Positions 62,225-64,000 of a DNA stretch of 64,000 nucleotides are shown in pieces. The notes beneath the pieces are model-generated. The model had not been told where the DNA came from and made no database searches. It saw nothing but the letters and a program-made list of their open reading frames with translations. How positions within the stretch are numbered: position 1 is the stretch's first letter; each line of letters begins with the position of its first letter. The stretch lies in assembly GCF_006345805.1 (NCBI RefSeq), contig NC_042998.1:41912001-41976000 (forward strand), written 5' to 3'. Both the position numbers and the translations under genes were made by a program. This DNA is from Octopus sinensis. Its lineage: Eukaryota.

Positions 62225-62509
62225 TACATTAAATTCAACTTATGTTGAAAGTCAACAAAGTTTGCTTTAGAAACATTGAGATGTGTTGAAAGATAGAGAA
62301 AAGGAAATAATTTCATTCTCAAACGCAGTCTCATGGCTGTCTGCTGACATATTTTTCTGCAAAATATGGATAGTTTATCCTGCTCATGCTATATTATTGG
62401 CATTATCCTGCGTTTGAGAATAAAATTATTTCCTTTTCTCTATCTTTCAATACATTTAAATGCTTCTAAAGCAAACCTTGTTGACTTTGAACGTAAGTTG
62501 AATTTAATG

Positions 62510-62511
<2 letters not shown>
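62225..62511. mobile_element. 287-bp fold-back MITE with 104-bp terminal inverted repeats
   Basis: 62225-62328 vs reverse complement of 62408-62511: 8 mismatches in 104; 79-bp spacer; TA at both outer ends. Confidence 0.9.
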
Positions 62512-62557
<46 letters not shown>

Positions 62558-62814
62558 TTCTTCTCCGTTGCTTAGCAAATCTCACAGAATTCTTTATATG
62601 TAAAAAGACCAAGCAATCTAACTTTAAACCAGCTTTTGATAAATCTGATAACAGAAGAAAGTGCTAAAAAAATATAATAAAAATGTAAATAAAAACATAT
62701 ATATAATCATCCAACATTCTGACTACCTTATTATTCTAAATTATTATATATATATGTGTGTGTGTTTGTTTGTGTGTGTGTGTGTGTAAATGTATATATC
62801 TTTATATGAAGTGA

Positions 62815-63090
62815 AGTGTGGTCATGTGGCTAAATGGTTAAGAAATTAACTTCACAACTACAAGATCACTGGTTTGATCCCACTGCGTGACATCTTGGTC
62901 AAATATCATTTTGTATATCTTTACATCAAACCATACTTTGTGGATGAAGTAGGAGGGATACAACCTGTTAAGTGGATTGCACCTGCAATTCAAATAGTAC
63001 AGTCTTGTCACACATTGTACGGACACATGTCTGTGGAATGCCCAAAATCTTACATGTTAATTCAGGTGAAGGTTATTCAGTTAATTGAAT
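62815..63090 (+). mobile_element. Decayed tRNA-derived SINE
   Basis: A-box-like TGGCTAAATGG and B-box-like GGTTTGATCCC. Confidence 0.55.
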
Positions 63091-64000
63091 AGCTGAATCC
63101 TCAACAACACACAATAAAGATCCATCATTTATTTCCAATATCGAAATATTGAATAAAATGTACAAGAAATAAAATAAAGCTTTTAAATAATGCAAAATTG
63201 CATGTACATATGTTATTTGAGTTGTTATCTCAACCCCAAAACCTGACTAGTACATTGTCCTATCAACCCTGTTAAAATTAAAGAGATGTTAATATTGGTG
63301 GGATTTGAACTCAGAATGTAAATATCCTGAAGAATACTGCAAGGCCTTGTTGTCCACTGCTCTAACAACTAATTATTGTTTATAATGATAATCAAAGACT
63401 ATGAAAACTGAAGGTAACTCACATAGATGATTTCTAGATCTAGATCCAGATTGTAGTATGTTGTTATACTTGTGACATCTGTTATTCTTGTAGAGGCAAT
63501 GTTAGGAATTTGACTCATGATTTCTCTTTTCCTCTTGCCACTTAAATCTTGTAGTGTGTTTTATAGTTATGAATGTGAGGAAAATGTTCAACCTTTATTT
63601 CTGTTGATTTAACATAGCCAAATTTCATATGCAAATATTCATATTACACTTCATATTATTTTTACTTATGTCTAATAATCATTTAAACTATCTATATCTC
63701 ATTTCTATGGAATACTGGAAGTTCAGTGATTACTTTTTAATTCTAATATTTTACATAAAAGTCAAATGACCAACATAAAGCAGAGACAAACTCATTCCAA
63801 ATTCACAACTTTGTTTTAAATCTTAGTTGAAAGCATTTAACTTGGTTTTTACATTCTTAATATCTTTGATAAGTCTATCAATGTCATAAAATCTTACAAT
63901 CATCTTCCTTATTTATTTGAATCTTTGTGCCTATATAAAGAAATCAATATTTGATGTAAGAACAGTTTCCCCAGCCTCAGTCAATAAGAATTTACAACTA

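Overview
AT-rich animal genomic DNA, most likely octopus (inferred from my recollection of octopus-type SINE, RTE and MITE families; not verified by search). No long ORF and no recognisable conserved host gene are present. Nearly all listed ORFs are microsatellite artefacts or fragments of decayed transposable elements. Elements seen: CR1/L2-like, RTE and R4/Dong-type LINEs; Gypsy remnants, one with a recognisable LTR, PBS and gag start; maT (DD37D), mariner and pogo remnants; a TTAA-flanked piggyBac-like MITE; at least three tRNA-SINE families; two long fold-back elements; and two near-perfect tandem duplications (943 bp and 390 bp). Best leads: (i) three minimal hammerhead-ribozyme-like motifs resembling Penelope-type termini; (ii) a CRE + TATA promoter-like module at 12.75-12.80 kb, heading a TE-poor block, with downstream candidate exons; (iii) clusters of short candidate exons on both strands whose product I cannot identify; (iv) R4/Dong fragments sitting in or next to SINE-associated (ATT)n tracts; (v) fold-backs that could be ADAR substrates. 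I cannot claim a new biological system; these are testable leads. Boundaries of decayed repeats are approximate.
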